From: Mycobacterium tuberculosis H37Rv
GTDB lineage: Bacteria; Actinomycetota; Actinomycetes; Mycobacteriales; Mycobacteriaceae
Assembly: GCF_000195955.2 (NCBI RefSeq)
Contig: NC_000962.3
Location: forward strand, 3,780,001-3,812,000
Direction: 5' to 3'
DNA length: 32,000 nucleotides
Shown here: piece after piece, positions 1-8,367 of the stretch
How the letters are laid out: each line of letters opens with the position of its first letter
How positions within the stretch are numbered: position 1 is the first letter of the stretch
The notes under the pieces: generated by a model
What the model saw: the letters and a program-made list of their open reading frames with translations, nothing else
What the model was told of the DNA's origin: nothing
The model's database searches: none
Translations under genes and position numbers: made by a program

Positions 1-1
1 G

Positions 2-334
2 AGCACGTCGAGCATCCCCTTCGACGCCCACGGGGGTAACGGCGGCGCTGGTGGCGACGCTGGTCACGGCGGAACGGGCGGCGACGGCGGTGACGGGGGG
101 CATGCCGGCACCGGTGGACGTGGCGGGTTACTGGCCGGCCAGCACGCCAACTCCGGCAATGGCGGTGGCGGCGGTACCGGCGGTGCCGGGGGCACCCATG
201 GCACCCCCGGCAGCGGCAACGCAGGCGGCACCGGCACCGGTAACGCTGACAGCACAAACGGCGGGCCAGGCAGCGACGGCCTCGGCGGGGACGCGTTTAA
301 CGGCAGTCGCGGCACCGACGGCAACCCCGGCTAA
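2..334 (+). CDS. PE_PGRS51: 3' end of a PE_PGRS family gene that begins upstream of the window (recognised as PE_PGRS51 / Rv3367)
   Basis: The frame is open from the window edge. It translates to Gly-rich GGxGG repeats (..[36 protein letters not shown]) and ends at TAA 332-334. It is absent from the ORF track only because no start codon lies in the window. Confidence 0.85.
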   Translation, partial: STSSIPFDAHGGNGGAGGDAGHGGTGGDGGDGGHAGTGGRGGLLAGQHANSGNGGGGGTGGAGGTHGTPGSGNAGGTGTGNADSTNGGPGSDGLGGDAFNGSRGTDGNPG

Positions 335-979
335 TTACCAGCCGTTCCAGTGCGTCACGCTCTCGGCCGGCAGCCGCTTGGCCGGCCGGAAGTCGATGCC
401 TTGTGTGTAGGCGATCGGAAGCAGCCCGCCTTGGCTGTATTCGTCGTAGGGAATGCCGAGCACGTCGGCCACCTTGTGCTCGCCGTTGTCGAGCAGGTGC
501 AGCGTCGTCCAGCACGAACCCAGCCCGCGGGAGCGCAGCGCCAGGCAGAAGCTCCACACCGCCGGGAACAGTGAGGCCCAAAACGACACGCCACCCACCG
601 CCGACTCGTCTTCCCGGCCTTTCAGGCAGGGGATCAGCAGCACCGGCGCCCGGTGCATGTGTTCGGCGAGATAGGTCGCCGAATCGCGGACCCGCCCCAT
701 CCGCTCGCCGCGGGTGTCGCCGTCGGGGTACTCGGGCGCCGGCCCGCTGAGGTAGCCCCGGGCGTTGGCCAGGTAGACGTCGGCGATCGCCTTTTTCTTG
801 GCGGCGTCCTCGACGAACACCCACTGCCAGCCTTGGGAATTGGAACCGGTGGGCGCCTGCAGCGCCAGCTCGAGGCATTCCATCAGCACGTCGCGTGGCA
901 CCGGCTTGTCGAAATCGAGACGCTTGCGCACCGAGCGGGTAGTGGTCAGGACCTCGTCGACGGACAGGTTGAGGGTCAT
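335..979 (-). CDS. Nitroreductase-family oxidoreductase (recognised as Rv3368c)
   Basis: 214-aa ORF with nitroreductase-like blocks (TTRSVRKRLDFDKPVP, APTGSNSQGWQWVFV). Codon usage matches neighbouring genes. ATG at 979-977. Confidence 0.85.
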   Translation of the reverse strand: MTLNLSVDEVLTTTRSVRKRLDFDKPVPRDVLMECLELALQAPTGSNSQGWQWVFVEDAAKKKAIADVYLANARGYLSGPAPEYPDGDTRGERMGRVRDSATYLAEHMHRAPVLLIPCLKGREDESAVGGVSFWASLFPAVWSFCLALRSRGLGSCWTTLHLLDNGEHKVADVLGIPYDEYSQGGLLPIAYTQGIDFRPAKRLPAESVTHWNGW

Positions 980-1412
980 GTGGGCAGGCTACCGTTGGGC
1001 CATGAGCGTCGAACTGACACAAGAGGTTTCTGCCAGGCTCACGTCCGACCTTTACGGGTGGTTGACCACCGTCGCCCGATCGGGGCAGCCGGTTCCGCGG
1101 CTGGTGTGGTTCTACTTCGACGGGACCGACCTGACGGTGTACTCCATGCCTCAGGCGGCCAAGGTCGCCCACATCACCGCCCATCCGCAGGTCAGCCTGA
1201 ACCTGGACTCCGACGGCAACGGCGCCGGGATCATCGTGGTGGGCGGGACGGCGGCGGTGGTGGCCACCGATGTCGACTGCCGCGACGACGCGCCGTATTG
1301 GGCCAAGTACCGCGAGGATGCCGCGAAGTTCGGGCTGACCGAGGCGATCGCCGCCTACAGCACCCGGCTGAAGATCACCCCGACCCGGGTGTGGACGACG
1401 CCCACGGGCTGA
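978..1412 (+). CDS. PPOX-class (pyridoxamine 5'-phosphate oxidase-like), probable F420-dependent protein (recognised as Rv3369)
   Basis: Conserved body SARLTSDLYGWLTTVARSGQPVPRLVWFYFDG..HPQVSLNLD. The track ORF from 798 is an upstream extension antisense to Rv3368c. Plausible starts are ATG 978 (144 aa) or ATG 1002 (136 aa). Confidence 0.75.
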   Translation: MWAGYRWAMSVELTQEVSARLTSDLYGWLTTVARSGQPVPRLVWFYFDGTDLTVYSMPQAAKVAHITAHPQVSLNLDSDGNGAGIIVVGGTAAVVATDVDCRDDAPYWAKYREDAAKFGLTEAIAAYSTRLKITPTRVWTTPTG

Positions 1413-1500
1413 GCGGGCTGGCCCCCGCTCGCCGCCAGAGTGAAATCCACGACGCGTTTGCGGCGTGTCGCGTCGCCCGTTTCACTGTCGGCGCAGAGGT

Positions 1501-4500
1501 TCACCGGAAGTCGCGCGAGCGCGCGCCGACCGCCAGGGTGAGGCGGCCCATCCGTTCGGCGACGACGGTGATTGCGCCGCTGGCGTTTTGGACCTGGCCG
1601 CGGATCAGCAGCGCCGGCGCCGTGTGCGCGAGCTTGCGGTGTCGCGCCCACACCCCGGGCGTGCAGAGCACGTTGACCATCCCGGTCTCGTCTTCGAGGT
1701 TGATGAACGTCACCCCCTGGGCCGTGGCGGGTCGCTGCCGATGAGTCACCGCGCCGGCGATCAGCACGCGGTCGCCGTCGGACACCGATCCCAGCCTCTC
1801 GGCGGGCAGCACCCCCATCGCGTCCAGGTCCGCCCGCAGGAACTGGGTCGGATAGCTGTCCGGGGAGACGCCGGTGGCCCACACGTCGGCGGCGGCCAGC
1901 TCCAGCTCGCTCATCCCCGGCAGCGCCGGGATGTGCGACGACGAGCCCACCCCGGGTAACCGGTCCGGCCGGCCCGTGGCCGCGGCCCCGGCCGCCCACA
2001 GCGCCTCCCGCCGAGACATGCCGAAGCAGCCCAGCGCCCCGGCCGTCGCCAGCGCTTCGACCTGCGGCACGGAAAGCTGCACCCGCGACGTCAAGTCCGG
2101 CAGGGAGGTGAACGGGCCGTTGGCTGTTCGCTCCGCGACCAGCTTCTCGGCCAGCTCGGCGCCGAGGTAGCGGACGGCGCCCAAGCCCAAACGCACCTCC
2201 GTTCCGGCGTTCTCACACGTGGCGTGCGCCAGGCTGGCATTGACACACGGGCCGTGCACCGCCACGCCGTGCCGGCGGGCGTCGGCCACCAGCGACTGCG
2301 GCGAATAGAAACCCATCGGCTGGGCGCGCAGCAGCGCCGCACAGAACGCCGCCGGGTGGTGCAGCTTGAACCACGCCGAGTAGAACACCAGCGACGCGAA
2401 ACTCAGTGCGTGGCTCTCGGGGAAGCCGAAATTGGCAAACGCCTCCAGCTTTTCGTAGATCCGGTCGATCACCTCGTCGGGGGCGCCGTGCAGCGCGCGC
2501 ATGCCGTCGTAGAACCGGCCGCGCAGCCGGCGCATGCGTTCGGTGGAGCGTTTGGACCCCATGGCGCGGCGCAGCTGGTCGGCCTCGGCGGCGGAAAAGC
2601 CGGCGCAGTCGACCGCCAACTGCATCAGCTGCTCCTGAAACAGCGGCACTCCCAGCGTCTTTCGCAATGCCGGCGCCATCGACGGGTGCTCGTAGATGAC
2701 CGGGTCGACGCCGTTGCGCCGCCGGATGTAGGGGTGCACCGATCCGCCCTGGATGGGCCCGGGGCGGATCAGCGCCACCTCCACCACCAGGTCGTAGAAC
2801 ACTCGCGGCTTAAGGCGCGGCAGGGTGGCCATCTGCGCACGTGACTCCACCTGGAACACGCCGACGGAATCGGCGCGGGCCAGCATCTCATACACCGCCG
2901 GCTCGGAGAGGTCGAGGCGGGCCAGGTCCACCTCGATGCCCTTGTGCTCGGCCACCAGGTCTTTCGCATAGTGCAGCGCCGAGAGCATGCCCAGCCCGAG
3001 TAGGTCGAATTTCACCAAGCCGATTGCCGCGCAGTCGTCTTTGTCCCATTGCAGGACGCTGCGGTTGGCCATGCGCGCCCATTCCACCGGGCACACGTCG
3101 GCGATCGGGCGGTCGCAGATGACCATGCCGCCGGAGTGGATGCCTAGGTGCCGCGGCAGGTTGCGGATCTGGGTGGCCAGGTCGATCACCTGCTCGGGGA
3201 TGCCGTCAACGTCGTCGGCCTGCCCGGTCCAGTGGCTGACCTGCTTGCTCCACGCGTCCTGCTGGCCCGGCGAGAAGCCCAGGGCGCGGGCCATGTCACG
3301 CACCGCGCTGCGCCCCCGGTAGGTGATGACGTTGGCGACCTGGGCGGCGTAGTCGCGGCCGTATTTGTGGTAGACGTACTGGATGACCTTTTCGCGCTGA
3401 TCCGACTCGATGTCGATGTCGATGTCGGGTGGCCCGTCGCGGGCGGGCGATAAGAAGCGCTCGAACAACAGCTCGTTGGCCACCGGGTCGACGGCGGTGA
3501 CGCCCAGGGCATAGCAGACCGCGGAGTTGGCCGCCGATCCCCTGCCCTGACACAGGATGTCGTTGTCCCGGCAAAACCGGGTGATGTCGTGCACCACCAG
3601 GAAGTAGCCCGGAAATCTCAGTTGGGCAATGACTTTCAGCTCATGCTCGATCTGGGAGTACGCCCGGGGCGCGCTCTTGGGCGGCCCGTAACGCTCGCGG
3701 GCGCCCGCCATGACCAACGACCGCAGCCAGCTGTCCTCGGTGTGCCCGTCGGGAACATCGAACGGCGGCAGCCGCGGCGCGATGAGCTGTAGGCCAAAGG
3801 CGCACCGCTCGCCGAGCTCGGCGGCCGCGGTCACCGCCTCGGGGCACCACGCGAACAACCGGGCCATCTCCTCCCCGGACCGCAGGTGCGCCCCACCCAG
3901 CGGAGCCAGCCACCCGGCCGCGGAGTCCAGCGACCGCCGGGCCCGGATGGCCGCCATCGCCATCGCCAGCCGCCCACGTGACGGATCCGCGAAGTGCGCC
4001 CCGGTGGTGGCGACGATGCCGACACCGAAGCGCGGCGCCAGTCCGGCCAGCGCGGCGTTGCGTTCGTCGTCGAGCGGGTGACCATGATGGGTCAGCTCGA
4101 TGCTGACCCGGCTGGGGGTGAACCGGTCCACCAGATCGGCCAGCGCCCGCTGCGCCGCGGCCGGGCCACCCTGGGAAAGCGCTTGGCGCACATGGCCTTT
4201 GCGGCAGCCAGTCAGGATGTGCCAGTGCCCGCCGGCGGCCTCGGTTAGCGCGTCGAAGTCGTAGCGCGGCTTACCCTTTTCGCCGCCGGCCAGATGCGCC
4301 GCCGCCAGTTGCCGCGACAACCGCCGGTAGCCTTCCGGGCCGCGGGCCAACACCAGCAGGTGCGGGCCGGGCGGATCCGGCCGCTCGGTGCGAGCCGTGG
4401 CGCCCAGTGACAGCTCGGCGCCGAAGACCGTGCGCACGTCGAGTTCCGCGGCCGCTTCGGCGAACCGCACCGCCCCGTACAGGCCGTCGTGGTCGGTCAG

Positions 4501-4797
4501 CGCCAGGGCACACAGGCCCAGCCGGGCGGCCTCCTCGACCAACTCCTCGGGCGTGCTGGCCCCGTCGAGGAAGCTGTACGCCGAATGCGCATGCAGCTCG
4601 GCATACGCGACGGACGATCCGACCCGTTCCCGGCCCGGCGGCTGGTACGCCCCGCGCTTGCGGGACCGTGGGACGTCCCCATCCGCGTCGAACGCCGGCA
4701 CCCCGGCATGGCGCGGCTTGCCGTTAAGCACCCGTTCCATTTCCGCCCAGCTCGGCGGCCCGTTGCTCCACCCCACATTCCACAGTATATCGAACAA
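1501..4797 (-). CDS. dnaE2: Error-prone DNA polymerase III alpha-subunit paralogue DnaE2 (Rv3370c)
   Basis: 1098-aa ORF. It has an N-terminal PHP motif (YAELHAHSAYSFLDGAS), a Pol III alpha core and a C-terminal OB region. A perfect SOS box sits at its 5' end. The true start is probably GTG 4776 (see findings). Confidence 0.97.
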   Translation of the reverse strand: MFDILWNVGWSNGPPSWAEMERVLNGKPRHAGVPAFDADGDVPRSRKRGAYQPPGRERVGSSVAYAELHAHSAYSFLDGASTPEELVEEAARLGLCALALTDHDGLYGAVRFAEAAAELDVRTVFGAELSLGATARTERPDPPGPHLLVLARGPEGYRRLSRQLAAAHLAGGEKGKPRYDFDALTEAAGGHWHILTGCRKGHVRQALSQGGPAAAQRALADLVDRFTPSRVSIELTHHGHPLDDERNAALAGLAPRFGVGIVATTGAHFADPSRGRLAMAMAAIRARRSLDSAAGWLAPLGGAHLRSGEEMARLFAWCPEAVTAAAELGERCAFGLQLIAPRLPPFDVPDGHTEDSWLRSLVMAGARERYGPPKSAPRAYSQIEHELKVIAQLRFPGYFLVVHDITRFCRDNDILCQGRGSAANSAVCYALGVTAVDPVANELLFERFLSPARDGPPDIDIDIESDQREKVIQYVYHKYGRDYAAQVANVITYRGRSAVRDMARALGFSPGQQDAWSKQVSHWTGQADDVDGIPEQVIDLATQIRNLPRHLGIHSGGMVICDRPIADVCPVEWARMANRSVLQWDKDDCAAIGLVKFDLLGLGMLSALHYAKDLVAEHKGIEVDLARLDLSEPAVYEMLARADSVGVFQVESRAQMATLPRLKPRVFYDLVVEVALIRPGPIQGGSVHPYIRRRNGVDPVIYEHPSMAPALRKTLGVPLFQEQLMQLAVDCAGFSAAEADQLRRAMGSKRSTERMRRLRGRFYDGMRALHGAPDEVIDRIYEKLEAFANFGFPESHALSFASLVFYSAWFKLHHPAAFCAALLRAQPMGFYSPQSLVADARRHGVAVHGPCVNASLAHATCENAGTEVRLGLGAVRYLGAELAEKLVAERTANGPFTSLPDLTSRVQLSVPQVEALATAGALGCFGMSRREALWAAGAAATGRPDRLPGVGSSSHIPALPGMSELELAAADVWATGVSPDSYPTQFLRADLDAMGVLPAERLGSVSDGDRVLIAGAVTHRQRPATAQGVTFINLEDETGMVNVLCTPGVWARHRKLAHTAPALLIRGQVQNASGAITVVAERMGRLTLAVGARSRDFR

Positions 4798-4805
4798 TTG
4801 TTCGA
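4790..4805. promoter_or_regulatory. LexA operator (mycobacterial SOS box) of dnaE2
   Basis: TCGAACAATTGTTCGA is a perfect match to the published mycobacterial consensus TCGAAC-N4-GTTCGA and a perfect 16-bp palindrome. On the minus strand it abuts a TATACT -10-like hexamer (4789-4784). Confidence 0.9.
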
Positions 4806-4931
4806 TACAGCGCAGTTGTTCAGCACATCTTCACCTGCGAAACATGTTCTTAACCGTTTGGGCCTTCTGCTTCCGGTGCGGTCCGGCGGACACTTATACC
4901 TGGGGTCGCAAAACGACGGTGGGGACTTGTC

Positions 4932-6272
4932 ATGGCACAACTGACGGCACTGGATGCGGGTTTTCTCAAGTCCCGCGATCCGGAGCGGCACCCGGGCCTG
5001 GCGATCGGCGCAGTTGCCGTCGTCAACGGTGCCGCCCCCAGCTACGACCAGCTCAAAACGGTTCTCACAGAACGGATTAAGTCGATACCTCGATGTACCC
5101 AGGTGTTGGCGACCGAGTGGATCGACTATCCGGGATTCGACCTCACCCAGCACGTGCGACGGGTGGCGCTTCCCCGGCCCGGCGACGAAGCCGAGCTGTT
5201 CCGGGCCATCGCGCTGGCACTGGAGCGTCCCCTCGACCCGGACCGCCCGCTGTGGGAATGCTGGATCATCGAAGGCCTCAACGGCAACCGCTGGGCGATC
5301 TTGATAAAAATCCACCATTGCATGGCCGGCGCCATGTCGGCGGCCCACCTGCTGGCCAGGCTCTGCGACGATGCCGACGGCAGTGCCTTCGCTAACAATG
5401 TTGATATCAAACAGATTCCGCCGTATGGCGATGCGCGGAGCTGGGCCGAAACGCTGTGGCGAATGTCCGTCAGCATCGCTGGCGCCGTCTGCACGGCCGC
5501 GGCACGCGCCGTCAGCTGGCCGGCAGTGACGTCACCGGCCGGCCCGGTCACCACCAGGCGGCGGTACCAAGCGGTGCGCGTTCCCCGCGACGCCGTCGAC
5601 GCCGTGTGCCACAAGTTCGGGGTGACCGCCAACGACGTCGCGCTCGCGGCCATCACCGAGGGCTTCCGAACGGTTCTGCTGCACCGCGGCCAGCAACCGC
5701 GCGCCGACTCACTGCGTACCCTGGAGAAAACCGATGGCAGCTCGGCCATGCTGCCCTATCTCCCCGTCGAGTACGACGACCCGGTGCGGCGATTGCGCAC
5801 CGTGCACAACCGGTCACAGCAGAGCGGCCGTCGTCAACCCGACAGTCTGTCGGACTATACGCCTCTCATGTTGTGCGCCAAGATGATTCACGCGCTAGCT
5901 CGGTTACCGCAACAAGGCATCGTCACCCTGGCGACCAGTGCACCCAGGCCACGCCACCAGTTACGGCTGATGGGCCAGAAGATGGACCAGGTGCTGCCCA
6001 TCCCGCCCACCGCACTGCAGCTGAGCACCGGGATCGCGGTCCTCAGCTACGGCGATGAGCTGGTGTTCGGCATCACCGCTGACTATGACGCCGCGTCCGA
6101 AATGCAGCAGCTGGTCAACGGTATCGAACTGGGTGTGGCGCGTCTGGTGGCGCTCAGCGACGATTCCGTGCTGCTGTTTACCAAGGATCGGCGTAAGCGT
6201 TCATCCCGCGCACTCCCCAGCGCCGCGCGGCGGGGGCGGCCCTCTGTGCCGACCGCCCGAGCGCGTCACTGA
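4932..6272 (+). CDS. Wax-ester synthase/diacylglycerol acyltransferase (WS/DGAT, Tgs-family) protein with a degenerate active-site motif (Rv3371)
   Basis: 446-aa ORF. N-terminal MAQLTALDAGFL and PLWECWIIEGL..WAILIKIHHCMAGAMS are typical of WS/DGAT. The C-terminal half has the WS/DGAT C-domain pattern (NDVALAAITEGFR). Confidence 0.9.
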   Translation: MAQLTALDAGFLKSRDPERHPGLAIGAVAVVNGAAPSYDQLKTVLTERIKSIPRCTQVLATEWIDYPGFDLTQHVRRVALPRPGDEAELFRAIALALERPLDPDRPLWECWIIEGLNGNRWAILIKIHHCMAGAMSAAHLLARLCDDADGSAFANNVDIKQIPPYGDARSWAETLWRMSVSIAGAVCTAAARAVSWPAVTSPAGPVTTRRRYQAVRVPRDAVDAVCHKFGVTANDVALAAITEGFRTVLLHRGQQPRADSLRTLEKTDGSSAMLPYLPVEYDDPVRRLRTVHNRSQQSGRRQPDSLSDYTPLMLCAKMIHALARLPQQGIVTLATSAPRPRHQLRLMGQKMDQVLPIPPTALQLSTGIAVLSYGDELVFGITADYDAASEMQQLVNGIELGVARLVALSDDSVLLFTKDRRKRSSRALPSAARRGRPSVPTARARH

Positions 6273-6313
6273 CGCCATCTCCGTCGGCGTTGACCCCCGT
6301 GAGAGGGTGGGTC

Positions 6314-7489
6314 GTGCGCAAGTTGGGCCCGGTCACCATCGATCCGCGCCGCCATGACGCGGTGCTGTTCGACACCACGTTGGACGCCACCCAGGAACTG
6401 GTCCGGCAACTCCAGGAAGTCGGTGTGGGCACCGGCGTCTTCGGTAGTGGCCTAGACGTTCCGATCGTAGCGGCCGGCCGTCTGGCGGTGCGGCCGGGCC
6501 GGTGCGTGGTCGTCTCGGCCCACTCGGCGGGCGTCACGGCCGCACGCGAAAGCGGATTTGCGCTGATCATCGGTGTCGACCGCACCGGGTGTCGGGACGC
6601 ATTGCGTCGCGACGGCGCCGACACGGTGGTCACCGACCTAAGCGAGGTCAGCGTGCGCACCGGGGACCGACGCATGTCGCAGCTGCCCGACGCGTTACAG
6701 GCACTCGGCCTGGCCGACGGCCTGGTCGCCCGGCAGCCCGCGGTGTTCTTCGACTTCGACGGCACGCTGTCCGACATTGTCGAGGATCCCGACGCGGCCT
6801 GGCTCGCCCCCGGTGCCTTGGAGGCACTGCAGAAGTTGGCCGCGCGCTGTCCGATCGCGGTGCTCAGTGGCCGCGACCTGGCCGACGTGACACAGCGGGT
6901 GGGTCTGCCCGGCATCTGGTATGCCGGCAGCCATGGTTTCGAATTGACCGCACCCGACGGAACGCACCACCAGAACGACGCCGCGGCGGCAGCCATACCG
7001 GTGCTGAAACAGGCGGCTGCCGAGCTGCGCCAGCAACTTGGACCCTTCCCGGGTGTTGTGGTGGAGCACAAGCGGTTTGGCGTCGCCGTGCACTACCGCA
7101 ACGCGGCCCGGGACCGGGTCGGCGAAGTCGCCGCGGCGGTGCGCACGGCCGAGCAGCGTCATGCGCTGCGGGTGACGACGGGCCGCGAAGTCATCGAGTT
7201 GCGTCCCGATGTCGACTGGGACAAGGGGAAAACGCTGCTGTGGGTTCTTGACCATCTGCCGCATTCGGGCTCGGCTCCCCTGGTGCCGATCTACCTCGGC
7301 GACGACATCACCGACGAGGACGCTTTCGATGTGGTCGGCCCCCATGGTGTTCCAATTGTGGTGCGCCACACCGACGACGGTGACCGCGCCACCGCCGCAC
7401 TGTTTGCGCTGGACAGTCCCGCACGGGTCGCGGAGTTCACCGATCGGCTGGCGCGTCAGCTCCGTGAGGCTCCCCTGCGGGCAACGTGA
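6314..7489 (+). CDS. otsB2: Trehalose-6-phosphate phosphatase OtsB2 (Rv3372)
   Basis: HAD motif I FFDFDGTLS (Asp codons at 6752-6760) and motif IV YLGDDITDEDAF. GTG 6314 is preceded by GAGAGGG. The track start at 6290 is a short upstream extension. Confidence 0.92.
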   Translation: MRKLGPVTIDPRRHDAVLFDTTLDATQELVRQLQEVGVGTGVFGSGLDVPIVAAGRLAVRPGRCVVVSAHSAGVTAARESGFALIIGVDRTGCRDALRRDGADTVVTDLSEVSVRTGDRRMSQLPDALQALGLADGLVARQPAVFFDFDGTLSDIVEDPDAAWLAPGALEALQKLAARCPIAVLSGRDLADVTQRVGLPGIWYAGSHGFELTAPDGTHHQNDAAAAAIPVLKQAAAELRQQLGPFPGVVVEHKRFGVAVHYRNAARDRVGEVAAAVRTAEQRHALRVTTGREVIELRPDVDWDKGKTLLWVLDHLPHSGSAPLVPIYLGDDITDEDAFDVVGPHGVPIVVRHTDDGDRATAALFALDSPARVAEFTDRLARQLREAPLRAT

Positions 7490-7542
7490 GACGCGGTGCC
7501 GCCGCGGGCGATACGCTCCGACCGTCAACGAGGAGGACGGCC

Positions 7543-7647
7543 ATGTGGTTTGCATTGGTGAACCCGGAGATGCTGGCCGCGGCGGCGACAGACTTGGGCG
7601 GCATCAGGTCAGGGATCAGCGCCGCCTATGCGCGTCCTCTGCGGTGA
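7543..7647 (+). pseudogene. Orphan PE-family N-terminal fragment (34 codons then TGA)
   Basis: The ATG is preceded by GAGGAGGA 5 nt upstream. Translation is [34 protein letters not shown]. Its first ~28 residues parallel the PE_PGRS52 N-terminus in this window ([28 protein letters not shown]). Confidence 0.7.
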
Positions 7648-7725
7648 CCTGGCTGGTAGCTTAGGCACGTCTTTATCGACACCGGGTGCTGCCAGAGAAC
7701 TCGAGACGCGGCACAGGTCGGCACC

Positions 7726-8367
7726 ATGAGGCGGCGTGCAATGACGAAGATGGACGAGGCTAGCAATCCGTGCGGCGGGGACATCGAAGCTGAGATGTGC
7801 CAGTTGATGCGCGAGCAACCACCCGCCGAAGGCGTCGTCGATCGTGTCGCGCTGCAACGCCATCGAAACGTTGCGTTGATCACGCTGAGCCATCCGCAGG
7901 CGCAGAACGCACTCAACCTGGCGAGCTGGCGTCGGCTGAAGCGGCTGCTGGACGATCTCGCCGGCGAATCGGGGCTGCGGGCGGTGGTGCTGCGGGGCGC
8001 CGGTGACAAGGCGTTCGCCGCGGGTGCCGACATCAAGGAGTTTCCGAACACCCGCATGAGCGCCGCGGACGCCGCGGAGTACAACGAGAGCCTGGCCGTC
8101 TGCCTGAGGGCGTTGACCACGATGCCGATCCCAGTCATCGCGGCGGTCCGGGGGCTCGCCGTCGGTGGCGGCTGTGAGCTGGCGACGGCCTGCGATGTGT
8201 GCATCGCGACCGACGACGCGCGCTTCGGCATCCCGCTGGGCAAGCTCGGCGTCACGACGGGCTTCACCGAGGCGGACACCGTCGCGCGCCTCATCGGTCC
8301 GGCGGCGCTGAAGTATCTGTTGTTCAGCGGAGAACTGATCGGCATTGAGGAAGCCGCCCGCTGGTGA
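7726..8367 (+). CDS. echA18: Enoyl-CoA hydratase/isomerase (crotonase), N-terminal 213 aa, ending at an in-frame TGA (Rv3373)
   Basis: Crotonase blocks: VALITLSHPQAQNALN, GAGDKAFAAGADIKEF, PVIAAVRGLAVGGGCELATACD. Ends ..EEAARW-TGA. Confidence 0.9.
   Translation: MRRRAMTKMDEASNPCGGDIEAEMCQLMREQPPAEGVVDRVALQRHRNVALITLSHPQAQNALNLASWRRLKRLLDDLAGESGLRAVVLRGAGDKAFAAGADIKEFPNTRMSAADAAEYNESLAVCLRALTTMPIPVIAAVRGLAVGGGCELATACDVCIATDDARFGIPLGKLGVTTGFTEADTVARLIGPAALKYLLFSGELIGIEEAARW

Noticed and set aside
297-1999. Overlapping ORFs 297..1184(-), 653..1744(+) and 1355..1999(-), of 214-363 aa.
   Set aside because: They are Arg/Gly/Pro-rich GC-shadow frames antisense to or out of frame with Rv3368c, Rv3369 and dnaE2, each of which has clear family motifs.
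4497-5348. 283-aa minus-strand ORF spanning the dnaE2/Rv3371 divergent region.
   Set aside because: It crosses the SOS box and the intergenic promoter region, is antisense to the well-supported Rv3371 N-terminus, and has no recognisable motifs.
8365-8367. Reading the echA18 in-frame TGA as selenocysteine or programmed recoding.
   Set aside because: The codon sits at a conserved Gly rather than a redox Cys/Sec position. I see no SECIS-like hairpin immediately downstream. M. tuberculosis is not known to encode the Sec insertion machinery. A nonsense mutation is the simpler explanation.
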